64,000 nucleotides of DNA from an uncultured Actinomycetes bacterium (GCA_963706025.1 CAVPLM010000003.1:640001-704000); one strand, 5' to 3'. Shown: positions 1-9,818, numbered from the stretch's first letter. Notes: generated by a model from the letters alone, not told the origin. A program made the numbers and translations.

Positions 1-1
1 C

Positions 2-877
2 GGTTACGATGTGACTATGTACTCCCGCAAGGCCGAGACCCTCGACAAGGCCATGTCTGTGGCCAAAGCGAATCTCGCCACCTTCGTCGAGAGCGGGCTC
101 CTCTCCGAGGACGCGGTCCCCGGGGTTCTCGACCGGATCACGATTACCCAGTCGGTGGAGGAAGCCGGCAAGGACGCGGACTTCGTCATCGAGAGCATCG
201 CCGAGAAGATGGATGCCAAAAAGGCGCTCTACGAGGAACTGGACCGCATCTGCCCCGAGAGGACCATCTTAACCAGCAATACCTCATATCTGAACATCTA
301 CGAGGTCATGCCGGCCGGGCGGCTGCCTCAGACCGTCATCGCTCACTGGTTCGCGCCTCCGCACATCGTCCCCCTGGTCGAGGTCGTCAAGGGGCCGGAG
401 ACGAGTCAGGAGACGGTGGACTTCGTGGTGGAGCTGCTCCAGAAGGTGGAGAGGGTGCCCACGGTGCTGGAAAGGTTCGTCCCCGGGTTCTGTATAAACC
501 GTTTTCTACGGATCATGGGCCGCGAGATCTTCTTCCTGCTGGATAACGGCTACATGACCGCCGACCAGCTCGATCTTGCCGTGAAGGCCAGTATCGTCCC
601 CAGGGCGATGGTGTTGGGCTTCGTCCAGCGCTACGACTTCACCGGGATCGATCTCAGCTATGGCAACCTGCAGAACAAGGATTTCATCGAGCCCCCGATC
701 GACAACAATCCGCGCAGTTTGGTGGAACTCATGGAACGGGGTGAGCTGGGGGTGAAGAGCGGCAAAGGCTTCTTCGACTACAGCGACCGTCCCCTCGAGC
801 AGGTCTTGAGAGAACGGGATGCTGCGCTGATCAAGGTGTTCGAAGACGTGAAGGATCTGATCTACAAACGGGTATAG
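2..877 (+). CDS. 3-hydroxyacyl-CoA dehydrogenase family protein (5' truncated by window edge)
   Basis: Motifs ESIAEKMDAKKALY, TSNTS, HWFAPPHIVPLVEVV, PGFCINR, ELGVKSGKGFFDY. Frame is open from base 2; the Rossmann GxGxxG lies upstream of the window. Confidence 0.9.
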   Translation, partial: GYDVTMYSRKAETLDKAMSVAKANLATFVESGLLSEDAVPGVLDRITITQSVEEAGKDADFVIESIAEKMDAKKALYEELDRICPERTILTSNTSYLNIYEVMPAGRLPQTVIAHWFAPPHIVPLVEVVKGPETSQETVDFVVELLQKVERVPTVLERFVPGFCINRFLRIMGREIFFLLDNGYMTADQLDLAVKASIVPRAMVLGFVQRYDFTGIDLSYGNLQNKDFIEPPIDNNPRSLVELMERGELGVKSGKGFFDYSDRPLEQVLRERDAALIKVFEDVKDLIYKRV

Positions 878-894
878 GAGTCACGGGAGTCACC

Positions 895-1749
895 ATGAAG
901 CTACCTGCAGGCAAAGTCATCATCACCGCCTCCCTCAACGGCGCGTTCGTCACCAAAGAGATGAACCCCAACGTCCCTGAGCAGCCGAACGAGATCGCCC
1001 AAGCCGCGCTGGACTGCTACAACGCCGGGGCCGCCATCGTGCACATCCATGCCCGCGATGAGAAAGGTCAACCCACCGGCACCAAAGAGAAGTTCGAAGA
1101 GATCATGGCTGCCGTCCGGGGCAAGTGCGGCGAGATTATCGTGCAGTTCTCCACCGGCGGAGGGGCGAACCTCACCATCGAGGAGCGCGTTCGTTGCCTC
1201 GACGCCAAACCGGAATCGGCCTCGCTCAACATGGGCACCCTCATGCGTCAGACCGGCGCCTACGCCGGCACTCCCTTCTCCAACCTCACCAAAGACATCG
1301 AGGCTTGGGCGGCCAAGATGAAGGAACTCGACATCAAGCCCGAGATGGAATGCTACTCGCAGAGCATGTACCGGGACGTGAACAATCTGATCAAAAAGGA
1401 ACTGATCAAGCCTCCCTACTACGTGAACTTCGTGCTTGGGATGATGTACCAGGGCGCCATCGAAGCGTCTCCGGAGACGCTGGTGTCCATGTACCAGTTC
1501 CTGCCCGGGAACTGCTACTTCAACTGCACCGCCACCTCCGCGGCCCAACTCCCCGTCACGACGATGGCGATGATCATGGGCGGCTGCGTTCGGGTCGGAC
1601 TCGAAGACAATATCTACTACTCGAAAGGGGCGCTGGCCACGAGCAATGCTCAATTGGTCGAGCGCTCGGCTCGGATCGCCCGGGAGCTGAACATCGAGCC
1701 CGCGACTCCCGATGAAGCCCGGGAGATCCTTGGTATCGTCAAGCGCTGA
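895..1749 (+). CDS. Beta-keto acid cleavage enzyme (BKACE/Kce, DUF849 family)
   Basis: IITASLNGA start, metal-binding HIHARD, STGG, SLNMG and RVGLEDN motifs; RBS GGAG upstream. Confidence 0.92.
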   Translation: MKLPAGKVIITASLNGAFVTKEMNPNVPEQPNEIAQAALDCYNAGAAIVHIHARDEKGQPTGTKEKFEEIMAAVRGKCGEIIVQFSTGGGANLTIEERVRCLDAKPESASLNMGTLMRQTGAYAGTPFSNLTKDIEAWAAKMKELDIKPEMECYSQSMYRDVNNLIKKELIKPPYYVNFVLGMMYQGAIEASPETLVSMYQFLPGNCYFNCTATSAAQLPVTTMAMIMGGCVRVGLEDNIYYSKGALATSNAQLVERSARIARELNIEPATPDEAREILGIVKR

Positions 1750-1798
1750 CGGGCAGGGCCGGCAGGCAGGGCTGACAACAGAACGCCGTCAGGAAAGG

Positions 1799-2587
1799 AT
1801 GGTTGCAGCAACCATGGACGATCTGTTCTCCTTGAAGGGTAAGAACGCCGTCATCGTGGGTGGAGCCGGAGGTATCGGCCGTGGACTGGCGGAAGGGTTC
1901 GTGCGCCACGGCGCTCAGGTGGCCATCGCCGACGTCAACCTGACCGGCTTGGAAGACGCGGTCGCGGAGATCGAAGCCGCGACCGGCCAGAAGGTCAAGG
2001 CCTATCCGGTCGACACCGGCCAGGAGAGCAAAGTCCAGGAACTCGTGGCGAAAACGGTGGGCGACATGGGGCGCGTCCACGTGCTCGTCAACGCCCAGGG
2101 CTTCAATATCAAGGCGCCGGCGACGGAGTTCCCCGTCGAAGACTGGGACAGGCTCTTCTCCGTGAACGTCCGTGGAGTCATGATCTGCTGCAAGCACTTC
2201 GCGGCGCACATGGTCGAGCAGGGGGGCGGCAAGATCATCAACCTCTCGTCGATCCGGGGAGCGCGGGCGGCGTTGGGCGGCAATCTCGCCTATTGCGCCA
2301 GCAAGGGTGCCGTGGACATGCTGACCAGGCAGCTGGCGGTCGAACTGGCGTCGAAGAAGGTGCTGGTCAACGCCATTGCGCCGATCATCACCATCACGCC
2401 CATGACTGAGGAACGGGTCAGGCGGGACGCGGACCGCTACGAGAAGATGCTGGTCAACGTCCCCCTGAACCGTATGGGCACCGTCGCCGATCTGGTGGGA
2501 CCGGCGGTGTTCCTGGCCTCGGCCGCGTCCGACTTCGTAACGGGGACGATCCTGTATCCGGACGGCGGGACGATGGCTTTTGTGTGA
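1799..2587 (+). CDS. SDR family oxidoreductase (phloroglucinol-reductase-like, probably NAD(H)-dependent)
   Basis: GGAGGIG Rossmann motif, YCASK catalytic motif, acidic ADVN after beta2; RBS GGAAAGG before ATG 1799 (alternative ATG 1814). Confidence 0.88.
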   Translation: MVAATMDDLFSLKGKNAVIVGGAGGIGRGLAEGFVRHGAQVAIADVNLTGLEDAVAEIEAATGQKVKAYPVDTGQESKVQELVAKTVGDMGRVHVLVNAQGFNIKAPATEFPVEDWDRLFSVNVRGVMICCKHFAAHMVEQGGGKIINLSSIRGARAALGGNLAYCASKGAVDMLTRQLAVELASKKVLVNAIAPIITITPMTEERVRRDADRYEKMLVNVPLNRMGTVADLVGPAVFLASAASDFVTGTILYPDGGTMAFV

Positions 2588-2645
2588 TCAGTGAGACTGC
2601 GATGAGACTGTGGCGGTTCGGGAGTAGTGAGAGCGGGAAGCGACT

Positions 2646-3470
2646 ATGCCAAGACCACGCGTGATGTCCGAGCAACATGAGAAGACGGCGAGCGCCGGTG
2701 ACGGTGCTTTCATCGTCCGGGCCCTGGCCAAAGGGCTCGCGGTGCTGGGGCTGTTCGACGCGGAGAACCGCGATTGGACCCTGGACGAGATCGCGGAGGG
2801 AGCCGGTCTTCCCAGGATGACCGCGTATCGCATGATCCGGACCATGGAAGCGGCGGGTTACCTGGTCCGGGACCCCGTGACCAGTCGCTACCATCTCGGC
2901 CCCGCTCTGTTGGCGACCACCTACATCTCAGAGACCTACTCGGAACTCGTCGCCATCGCGCGGCCCTACCTGCGCGACCTGGCTGCGGAGACGGGGGAGT
3001 CGGCCACCCTGGCAGTGGAGGTGGACGCAGTCGCGGTCAGCGTGGATACGGTGGACACCGCCCGTCCCTTCAGAAGAGAGGTGGCGCAAGGACGGATCAT
3101 CGGCGATACGGCCAACGCGCACGGCAAGGTGTTCGCGGCCTTCAAGTCCGAGGCCGAAAAGGCGGAGATACTCGCCCTGCCGCGTGAACAGACGACGCCC
3201 CACACCATCACCGATCCGGCAGCGCTCGCCGCCGAACTGGAGCTCGTTATACGGGAGGGGATCGCCTTCGACCTCGAGGAGCGGAACATCGGCACGTGTG
3301 CCGTGGCCGCCCCCGTGCGCGACCAATTGGGCAAGGTGATCGCGTCCATATCGCTGGTCGTCCCCACGGGGCGCTTCGGTGACGAGGAGAGATTGCGCTT
3401 TGTACAGGCCACGAAGACCGCCGCCGCTTCTCTTTCTGCCTTTCTGGGCTACTCGAACCGAGAGGGCTAG
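2646..3470 (+). CDS. IclR family transcriptional regulator
   Basis: N-terminal wHTH (LDEIAEGAGLPRMTAYRMIRTM...RYHLGP); C-terminal AHGKVFAA and CAVAAPVRD effector-domain motifs. Confidence 0.93.
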   Translation: MPRPRVMSEQHEKTASAGDGAFIVRALAKGLAVLGLFDAENRDWTLDEIAEGAGLPRMTAYRMIRTMEAAGYLVRDPVTSRYHLGPALLATTYISETYSELVAIARPYLRDLAAETGESATLAVEVDAVAVSVDTVDTARPFRREVAQGRIIGDTANAHGKVFAAFKSEAEKAEILALPREQTTPHTITDPAALAAELELVIREGIAFDLEERNIGTCAVAAPVRDQLGKVIASISLVVPTGRFGDEERLRFVQATKTAAASLSAFLGYSNREG

Positions 3471-3529
3471 CGGAAGAGAGAGCCGGCAGAGCCGCCAGAG
3501 ACGACCCGGATGAGAAGACCGAAACGAGA

Positions 3530-3567
3530 GAAGCCCCGGGGCCGGCTAACGCCGGCCCCGGGGCTTC
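3530..3567. terminator. Perfect 17-bp stem hairpin between convergent genes (probable bidirectional terminator)
   Basis: GAAGCCCCGGGGCCGGC-TAAC-GCCGGCCCCGGGGCTTC. Confidence 0.7.
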
Positions 3568-3607
3568 GTACTGCACGGACTGTCGTCGAGAAGTATCAGT
3601 CCCGCCG

Positions 3608-5827
3608 CTAGATCTCCTGCATCATGGTGGTGGGCACGAAACCGTACTCCTCGTTGCGGAAGACCTCTTCCTTCAGCTCTTCGTCCTTGGCCTTGTACAC
3701 CTTGCAGAGCAGGCAGGTCAGGTCCGGTGAGCCGTACATGGGGTCTAGGTGGTCGTTGCTCGTCAGGACGTTCGGGTTGGAGATCCAGATGCCGTGGTAG
3801 CCCTCGGCCGGCTCCTCCGGGTAGAAGCAGTTGGCCGTGGCCATCAAGACGCCCTTCTTGATGCCGGGGAAGCAACGCAGCTTCTGCCTGATCCTTCCTC
3901 GGGGCGACTCGATCCAGACGATGTCGCCGTCCTCGACGCCGTAGAGCTCTGCCGTCTCCGGATGGAGCTGGCACGTCGGGAACTCCATGAAGCTGCGCAG
4001 CCACGGGATGTTGCGGTACTGCCCGAGGAAATAGAAGGGCTGGCGGTAGCCGCTGCTCATCACGATGGGGTATTCCTTGTACAGCTCGGGGGTCGAGACA
4101 GGGCTTTCCCCGGGCTCGCTATAGACCGGCAGGGGATCGTACCCAAGAGACTCCAGGTGATTCGAGTGGAACTCGAACTTACCCGAGGGGGTCGGGAAGC
4201 CGCCGCCCTCTCTCCAGTAGTCGGTCTTGTACTTGTAATAAACCTGATCGGGGCCCCAGCAGCCGCTCACGAGCTTCTCGCTGAAATCTTTCCACTTCAG
4301 TGGGCCGCCATCGGGGCTCTCTCCCCTCCTGAGCTCGTAGTCGAGCATATCTTCGACGTTGTCCCACCACTTGTCGGGAACGACCCGCCTGCCGATCTCG
4401 TTGAAGATCCAAGCGTCGGACATAGCCTCACCGGGCGGATCGACGACTTTGTTGTGAGCTTCGATCATGAAGCGTGGGTGCATGTCGTAGACGTCGTCCA
4501 ACTCCAGCCAGTGGGCGGCCGGCAGCACGATGTCGGCCGCTTCGGCCATCGGGCCCATGAAGAGATCGGTGTGCGACATGAACTCGACCTTCTCGATGGC
4601 CGCGACAACCTCTTTGGTGTTGGCCATATGCACGATCTGCTGCCCGCCGACACTGAACCACACCTTGACGGGCGCTTCGCCGGCAAGGAGCTTCTTGACC
4701 ATGGTGTCGGGGTTACACGTGCGGGTGGCGCCCATCTTGAACCTATCGCCACCGATGATCTTGGCCTTCATCTCGTCGGTGATCGGCAGCTCGAGGTTGA
4801 AGTCCTCGATGAGGCCGGTGTCCGGCAGCACCCAGCTGATCATGCTGCCTGGGCGCTCGATGTTGCCGGCGAGGCCCATGAGGCAGGTTATGGCCCGGAG
4901 GGTGTGGCCACAGTTGGCCTGCCGCTCGAGGGAGCTGCCTACCTGGATGCAGCCCGGCGTGTCGACGGCCCACATCCGGGCCGCTTCGACGACCTGCTCC
5001 TTAGGGATCCAGCAGGTGTCGGACACCTTCTCGGGCGTCCACTCCTTGACGCGCTCGCGCAGCTCGTCGACGCCGAACGTCCAGTTGTCGACGAACTCCT
5101 TGTCCCAGAGCTCCTCTTCGAAGATGACGTTCATCATGCCCATGGCCAGCGCGCAGTCCGTTCCCGGCCGGGGCTGGATCCAGAGGGAGGCGCGGGTCGC
5201 ATATGCACTTGCCCGCGGGTCGATGATGATGAGGTTCTTGCAGTAGTCCACGGAGCGCATGAACCAGTAACCCATCTCGGAGTCGGCGCTGCTGATCTCG
5301 AGCTGCTTCGCCCACATGATCTGGGTCTTCGGGAACTCGCCGCCCCAGCCGTGGTAGTCGCAGTACAGGCGTCCATAGCCCGTCACGAGGGCGTAGAGGC
5401 CAAGGCGGGGGCTGTGGCATACGTAGCCCGGCGTGATGGCGTTGCCTGTGCTGAGGGAGCGCGCCAGCCGCATCGTGTAGCGGTTATACCCGCGCCCCGT
5501 CCCCTGGGAGATGGCAATGGTCTCCGGTCCGAAGTCCTTGATCGCCGCCTTCATCTTGTCTGCGATCGTGTCGAGGGCCTCATCCCACGAGATCCTCTGC
5601 CACTTACCGTGGCCTTTGGGTCCCACCTGCTTCATGGGGTACTTGAGGCGATAGGGGTTGTCGATGTGCTGGATGCTCGAGAGACCCTTGGAGCACATCG
5701 TGCCCCCGGTCAACGAGTCGGGATTGCCCTCGATGTGGATGACGACCCCGTCTTCCTTGGTCACTCTGACGCCGCAGCCACCATGGCAGCTCTTGCATGT
5801 GGAAAGTACGACTTCTCTTTTTGCCAT
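3608..5827 (-). CDS. Bis-MGD molybdopterin oxidoreductase catalytic subunit, acetylene-hydratase/catechol-dehydroxylase-like (Cys ligand), no Tat signal
   Basis: True start MAKREVV after GAGGAG RBS; CKSCHGGC...MCSKG [4Fe-4S] motif, RISWDEA, GYVCHSPR, ADIVLPAAHWLE, C-terminal molydop-binding domain. Confidence 0.9.
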   Translation of the reverse strand: MAKREVVLSTCKSCHGGCGVRVTKEDGVVIHIEGNPDSLTGGTMCSKGLSSIQHIDNPYRLKYPMKQVGPKGHGKWQRISWDEALDTIADKMKAAIKDFGPETIAISQGTGRGYNRYTMRLARSLSTGNAITPGYVCHSPRLGLYALVTGYGRLYCDYHGWGGEFPKTQIMWAKQLEISSADSEMGYWFMRSVDYCKNLIIIDPRASAYATRASLWIQPRPGTDCALAMGMMNVIFEEELWDKEFVDNWTFGVDELRERVKEWTPEKVSDTCWIPKEQVVEAARMWAVDTPGCIQVGSSLERQANCGHTLRAITCLMGLAGNIERPGSMISWVLPDTGLIEDFNLELPITDEMKAKIIGGDRFKMGATRTCNPDTMVKKLLAGEAPVKVWFSVGGQQIVHMANTKEVVAAIEKVEFMSHTDLFMGPMAEAADIVLPAAHWLELDDVYDMHPRFMIEAHNKVVDPPGEAMSDAWIFNEIGRRVVPDKWWDNVEDMLDYELRRGESPDGGPLKWKDFSEKLVSGCWGPDQVYYKYKTDYWREGGGFPTPSGKFEFHSNHLESLGYDPLPVYSEPGESPVSTPELYKEYPIVMSSGYRQPFYFLGQYRNIPWLRSFMEFPTCQLHPETAELYGVEDGDIVWIESPRGRIRQKLRCFPGIKKGVLMATANCFYPEEPAEGYHGIWISNPNVLTSNDHLDPMYGSPDLTCLLCKVYKAKDEELKEEVFRNEEYGFVPTTMMQEI

Positions 5828-5856
5828 CAGTGTCTCCTCAACACCAAGCTGGTGCT

Positions 5857-6828
5857 CTAGTAGGCGTGGCCTTTGGGTAGGAGGGGCCTGTAGATGCCGA
5901 CCTTCAGTACGCCATACTTGAGGGAGAACGCCCCGATGGTATGGCAGATGATCGCGAAGATGAGCAGTCCTGTCGCGGCCTCTCCGGCGAAGTAGCTGAC
6001 GATCGATATCACGAGCGGAACGATAATACCCAGCCCAACGATGCCCAGCCAGAACACCCAGGCCAGTTTTCCACGGATGAGCTCTTTCACCGACAACTCG
6101 GCTGTGACCGACTGATAGTTCGCGTTCACCAGATAGGACAAGATCAGCAGGGCGTTTATGATCAGCATGATCCGGGTGACCGACTCTGCCGGTCCGATCA
6201 CGTCTTCGCCGGTAACCAGGCCGACGCCCATGATCAAGGCCAAGCCGTCCGCGATGCCCATGAAGAGGAACACGATGGGCAGTAGCCCAGTGTTCCAGAA
6301 GGGGACGCTCTTGCAGTAGCTCATGGCGAATCCGCAGTAGACCCCGGTGAGGACCACGAAGATGCCGGCCAGGGCCATGAAGACCCAGTTGGCGAAGTGG
6401 ACGGCGTCGTAGGCCGAGCCGGAGACCACATCGTAAGCAAGCAGGTACAGCAGCACCAGCTGAATGGCTCCCAAGGCCACAAAGATCACGGTGAAGACTA
6501 TTCCCCGGGCAAACCACGAAGTCTTCCACGCCTTGCTGAAGGGCGGGAAGGTCTTCCAGAAGCGCAGAGGCTTGCCGAGGTAGGCAAAATGCAGGGGCAG
6601 CTTGAAGAACACGATCATGATCCAGCCGAAAAGCGCTCCCCACCAGGCGGTCTTGGGAGCGGTCTCGGTGAAGAATAGCGACACCAGATAGAGACCGGAA
6701 CCGAGAGCCGAGAAGACCTCCGCGATCCAGACGAGTATTCCCTTGCCGTCGATCCATTCGGTCTGAGCCATGGGTTTGATCATCCACTCATGGGGGACCA
6801 TCCATTGACGGGCGGTTCTTGCGTTCAT
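5857..6828 (-). CDS. nrfD: NrfD/PsrC-type membrane anchor
   Basis: Multiple TM helices with YLGKPLRFW, TSWFARG and VPFWNTGLLP motifs; lies between ferredoxin and Mo subunit. Confidence 0.85.
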   Translation of the reverse strand: MNARTARQWMVPHEWMIKPMAQTEWIDGKGILVWIAEVFSALGSGLYLVSLFFTETAPKTAWWGALFGWIMIVFFKLPLHFAYLGKPLRFWKTFPPFSKAWKTSWFARGIVFTVIFVALGAIQLVLLYLLAYDVVSGSAYDAVHFANWVFMALAGIFVVLTGVYCGFAMSYCKSVPFWNTGLLPIVFLFMGIADGLALIMGVGLVTGEDVIGPAESVTRIMLIINALLILSYLVNANYQSVTAELSVKELIRGKLAWVFWLGIVGLGIIVPLVISIVSYFAGEAATGLLIFAIICHTIGAFSLKYGVLKVGIYRPLLPKGHAY

Positions 6829-6844
6829 GTGGCCACTCCCCTAC

Positions 6845-7621
6845 CTAGTCCGCGTTCTTCTTGGCGAGTTTTTCCTTGGACGGAGCGTAGACGGTGCTCA
6901 AGTGCTGGATGTGGCTGCCAGTTTGAGCCTCGATAGGCGCCTTGTTTGAAGGAGCGCCCCCGAGCTTGTAGTCGATGTAGTAAACGGACGGCTCGGTCCC
7001 GTACTCCGCGTGCAGAACGAATCCGGCCTTGTCCCGGATCAGCTTGGAAACGTTGCTGTTGGGATCCTCCAGGTCGCCAAAGGTGAGAGCGCCCGCCTGG
7101 CAGATGTTCACGCAGGCCGGCGTGGCGGCCCGGTCGACACCGGGCACCAGGCCTTTTTCAAGACCGGCGTCGATCCGCTCGGCACAGAAGTTGCACTTCT
7201 GCGTCGTCCCGACCTGGTGCGGATAGAGCTCTTTCCCTTTCTTCTCGAAACCGGTCTGATCGTGCTCGGGGAAGTAGTTCGGGTTCCTCTTTCTGGAAAG
7301 GTACGTGCGGTTCTGATAGGGGCAGGCGATAACGCAGTAACGGCAGCCAAAGCACTTGTCGGAATCGATCGCGACGATACCGTCCTCGCGCTTGTGGGAT
7401 GCCTCAGTGGGGCAGGCATCCACGCACGGCGCCTCCTTGCACTGATTGCATCGGACCGGATAGGTGGTGACGTCGACAGTGATGCCGTCGTCCACTTCGA
7501 GGGCGATGAGCCTCGGCCAGGTCACCCGAAGCGGTAGGAAGTGCTCGATCCTGCACGCGACCACGCACGCGTGGCAGCGGATGCACTTCGCGAGGTTGAT
7601 CACCATTCCATATCTCGCCAT
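6845..7621 (-). CDS. 4x[4Fe-4S] electron-transfer subunit (NrfC/PsrB/DmsB-like)
   Basis: CIRCHACVVAC, CNQCKEAPCVDACP, CFGCRYCVIACP, CNFC...PACVNIC. Confidence 0.92.
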   Translation of the reverse strand: MARYGMVINLAKCIRCHACVVACRIEHFLPLRVTWPRLIALEVDDGITVDVTTYPVRCNQCKEAPCVDACPTEASHKREDGIVAIDSDKCFGCRYCVIACPYQNRTYLSRKRNPNYFPEHDQTGFEKKGKELYPHQVGTTQKCNFCAERIDAGLEKGLVPGVDRAATPACVNICQAGALTFGDLEDPNSNVSKLIRDKAGFVLHAEYGTEPSVYYIDYKLGGAPSNKAPIEAQTGSHIQHLSTVYAPSKEKLAKKNAD

Positions 7622-7937
7622 CGGCCCCTCCTATGTCCCGTTAGGCTTTCGTGTGCAGTTGCCCGCCCCGAGACCGCGCTCAAGGGGGGTTTCCCAGTGC
7701 GCTTATGGATCGAACCACACTGATTGTAGCACAGACAATGATATCGACATAATGCACAACGTTAAATACAATACCGTTTGTAGACGTGTGTGCTCCCCGG
7801 GTGCGGCGGGCGCCACAGGGACCCCTGCGCCCGCTCAAGAGGTTTGCGCGGCGCCCGCGGAGCAGTTAGGATGAGGGCGTGGGACGCGCTCGTGGGACGA
7901 AAGTGGGCTCGATGTCCGAGATGGGAGGTACTCTCCA

Positions 7938-9818
7938 ATGGCATACGGTTACGCGGGAAAACTGCTCTTTGTCGACCTGACCGCCGGTACCATCCGCGAA
8001 GAAACGCCCGAAGAAGGTTTCTATCGCGAATGGATCGGAGGGACCGGCCTGGGGGCCAGGGTCATGATGGAGCGCACCAAGCCGGGTATCGATCCCCTGG
8101 GCCCCGAGAACATGCTGGCCTTCACGACGGGACCGCTCACCGCGACGGGCGTCTACGGCGGGGGCAGGTATACCGTCACCGCCAAGTCACCATTGACAGG
8201 GGCCTGGGCCGACTCCAACTCCGGCGGATACTTCGGGCCGGAATTGAAGAACGCCGGCTACGATGGGGTCTTTTTCACGGGCGCCGCCGAGCGCCCTGCC
8301 TGCTTGGTCATCGATGCCGGGCGGGCGCGGCTGATCGAGGCCGCGCAGCTCTGGGGGAAAGACACCTATGAGACCGACGACGCGCTGCAGGCCGAGCTGG
8401 GAGATCCGGGGAGCTGGAGGATCGCCTGCATCGGTCCGTCGGGCGAGCAGTGTTCCCTGCTGGCCGGGATCGTCAACGAGAAGGGCAGGATAGCCGCCCG
8501 CTCCGGCGTGGGGGCGGTCATGGGCTCGAAGAAGCTGAAGGCGATCGCGGTCCGAGCCGCCAAGGGCGCCCGCATCGGCGTGGCCGACAAGGCCGGGCTC
8601 AAAGCCGCACAGAAGGAGTACGCTGAGGTCCTCAAGAGCCATCCCTTTCACTCCGGGCTCACCGCTGCCGGTACGGGTGGAAGCACGAGCTTCCTGCTCT
8701 CCATCGGAGACTCCCCGGTGGACAACTGGACACGTACGGGCAGCGACGCCCTGCCCGGATGCAGCAGTCTCGACGGCCCCAAAATGGACGTCTACAAACT
8801 GAAGGCCTACGGTTGTAGCACCTGTCCCGTCCGCTGCGGCGCGCTGGTACGGATCGACGAAGGCCCGTTCGCCAGCCAGGACGAGCTTCACCGGCCCGAA
8901 TACGAGACGCTGGCCGCTCTCGGGGTCAACTGCCGCAACGACAATGTGCAGGCTGTCATACGTGCGAACGAGATCTGCAATCGCTACGGTCTCGACACCA
9001 TGGGCGTGGGCAATAGCATCTCGTTCGCGATGGAGTGCTACGAGAACGGTCTCATCGGCTCGAGCGATACGGGGGGTTTGGAGCTCACTTGGGGGCACGC
9101 GGAGGCCCTCGTCGCTCTCACCGAGCTGATCGCAAGGCGGGAGGGTCTTGGCGCAGCCTTGGCCGACGGCTCCAAGGTGGCGTCCCAGCAGATAGGCCGG
9201 GGCAGTGAGGAGTACGCCATGCACGTGGCCGGCCGAGCGGTTCCCTATCACGACCCTCGCATGGCGCCCAGCAGCGGCACCTTCTATATCGGTGATGCCC
9301 AGCCGGCCCAACATCTGGGACCCCAAAGCATGGCGTTGCTCGAGCAAGGGGCGCCTCTGGGGCCCGACCCCCTGCTGCAACCGGGCGATTCGGGCGAGCT
9401 CTATGGTGACTACGACAAGAAGGGCGACATCTACGCCCGCGGAGCGGCCTGTATCCAGCTGCTGAGCTCGGCCGGACTCTGTGCGCTGTATGCTCATTTC
9501 TACACTCCCCCGTTGGTCGAGCTCTTGCGGCCGGTCACCGGTTGGGACATCGACTGGAGCGAGGGGCTGAAGACGGGAAGGCGGATCCTCACTCTGCGGC
9601 AGGCGTTCAACCACCGCGAGGGGCTCACTCCGGACGAGTTCCGGCTGCCTAAGAGATTCGAGGCGCCGTTGAGCGTCGGACCCGCCGCGGGACATGCGAT
9701 CCCCTTCGCCCACTTGAGGGACAAGTACTTCGAGACCATGGGCTGGGATCCGCGGACGGGCAGTCCCCTGCCGGAGACGCTCTCCGATCTGGGTATAGAC
9801 CCTTCGCTGGTGGTTTGA
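7938..9818 (+). CDS. aor: Aldehyde:ferredoxin oxidoreductase (tungsten AOR family)
   Basis: GYAGKLLFVDL, KSPLTG, SNSGG, AARSGVGAVMGSKKLKAI, CSTCPVRC, PEYET, CNRYGLDT, GLC. Confidence 0.93.
   Translation: MAYGYAGKLLFVDLTAGTIREETPEEGFYREWIGGTGLGARVMMERTKPGIDPLGPENMLAFTTGPLTATGVYGGGRYTVTAKSPLTGAWADSNSGGYFGPELKNAGYDGVFFTGAAERPACLVIDAGRARLIEAAQLWGKDTYETDDALQAELGDPGSWRIACIGPSGEQCSLLAGIVNEKGRIAARSGVGAVMGSKKLKAIAVRAAKGARIGVADKAGLKAAQKEYAEVLKSHPFHSGLTAAGTGGSTSFLLSIGDSPVDNWTRTGSDALPGCSSLDGPKMDVYKLKAYGCSTCPVRCGALVRIDEGPFASQDELHRPEYETLAALGVNCRNDNVQAVIRANEICNRYGLDTMGVGNSISFAMECYENGLIGSSDTGGLELTWGHAEALVALTELIARREGLGAALADGSKVASQQIGRGSEEYAMHVAGRAVPYHDPRMAPSSGTFYIGDAQPAQHLGPQSMALLEQGAPLGPDPLLQPGDSGELYGDYDKKGDIYARGAACIQLLSSAGLCALYAHFYTPPLVELLRPVTGWDIDWSEGLKTGRRILTLRQAFNHREGLTPDEFRLPKRFEAPLSVGPAAGHAIPFAHLRDKYFETMGWDPRTGSPLPETLSDLGIDPSLVV

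Noticed and set aside
5780-5827. Calling the Mo enzyme acetylene hydratase or polysulfide reductase
   Set aside because: The catalytic Asp position holds His and there is no Tat leader; only family-level similarity is supported.
3749-5860. 703-aa antisense ORF (and similar ones at 8187-9713, 11241-13235, 15603-17339, 33202-34803, 36568-38604)
   Set aside because: Shadow ORFs opposite real high-GC genes, with no recognisable motifs.
3608-6787. 1059-aa ORF suggesting a large N-terminal extension on the Mo enzyme
   Set aside because: The extension is an out-of-frame overlap of nrfD; an RBS and ATG at 5827 directly precede the Fe-S motif.
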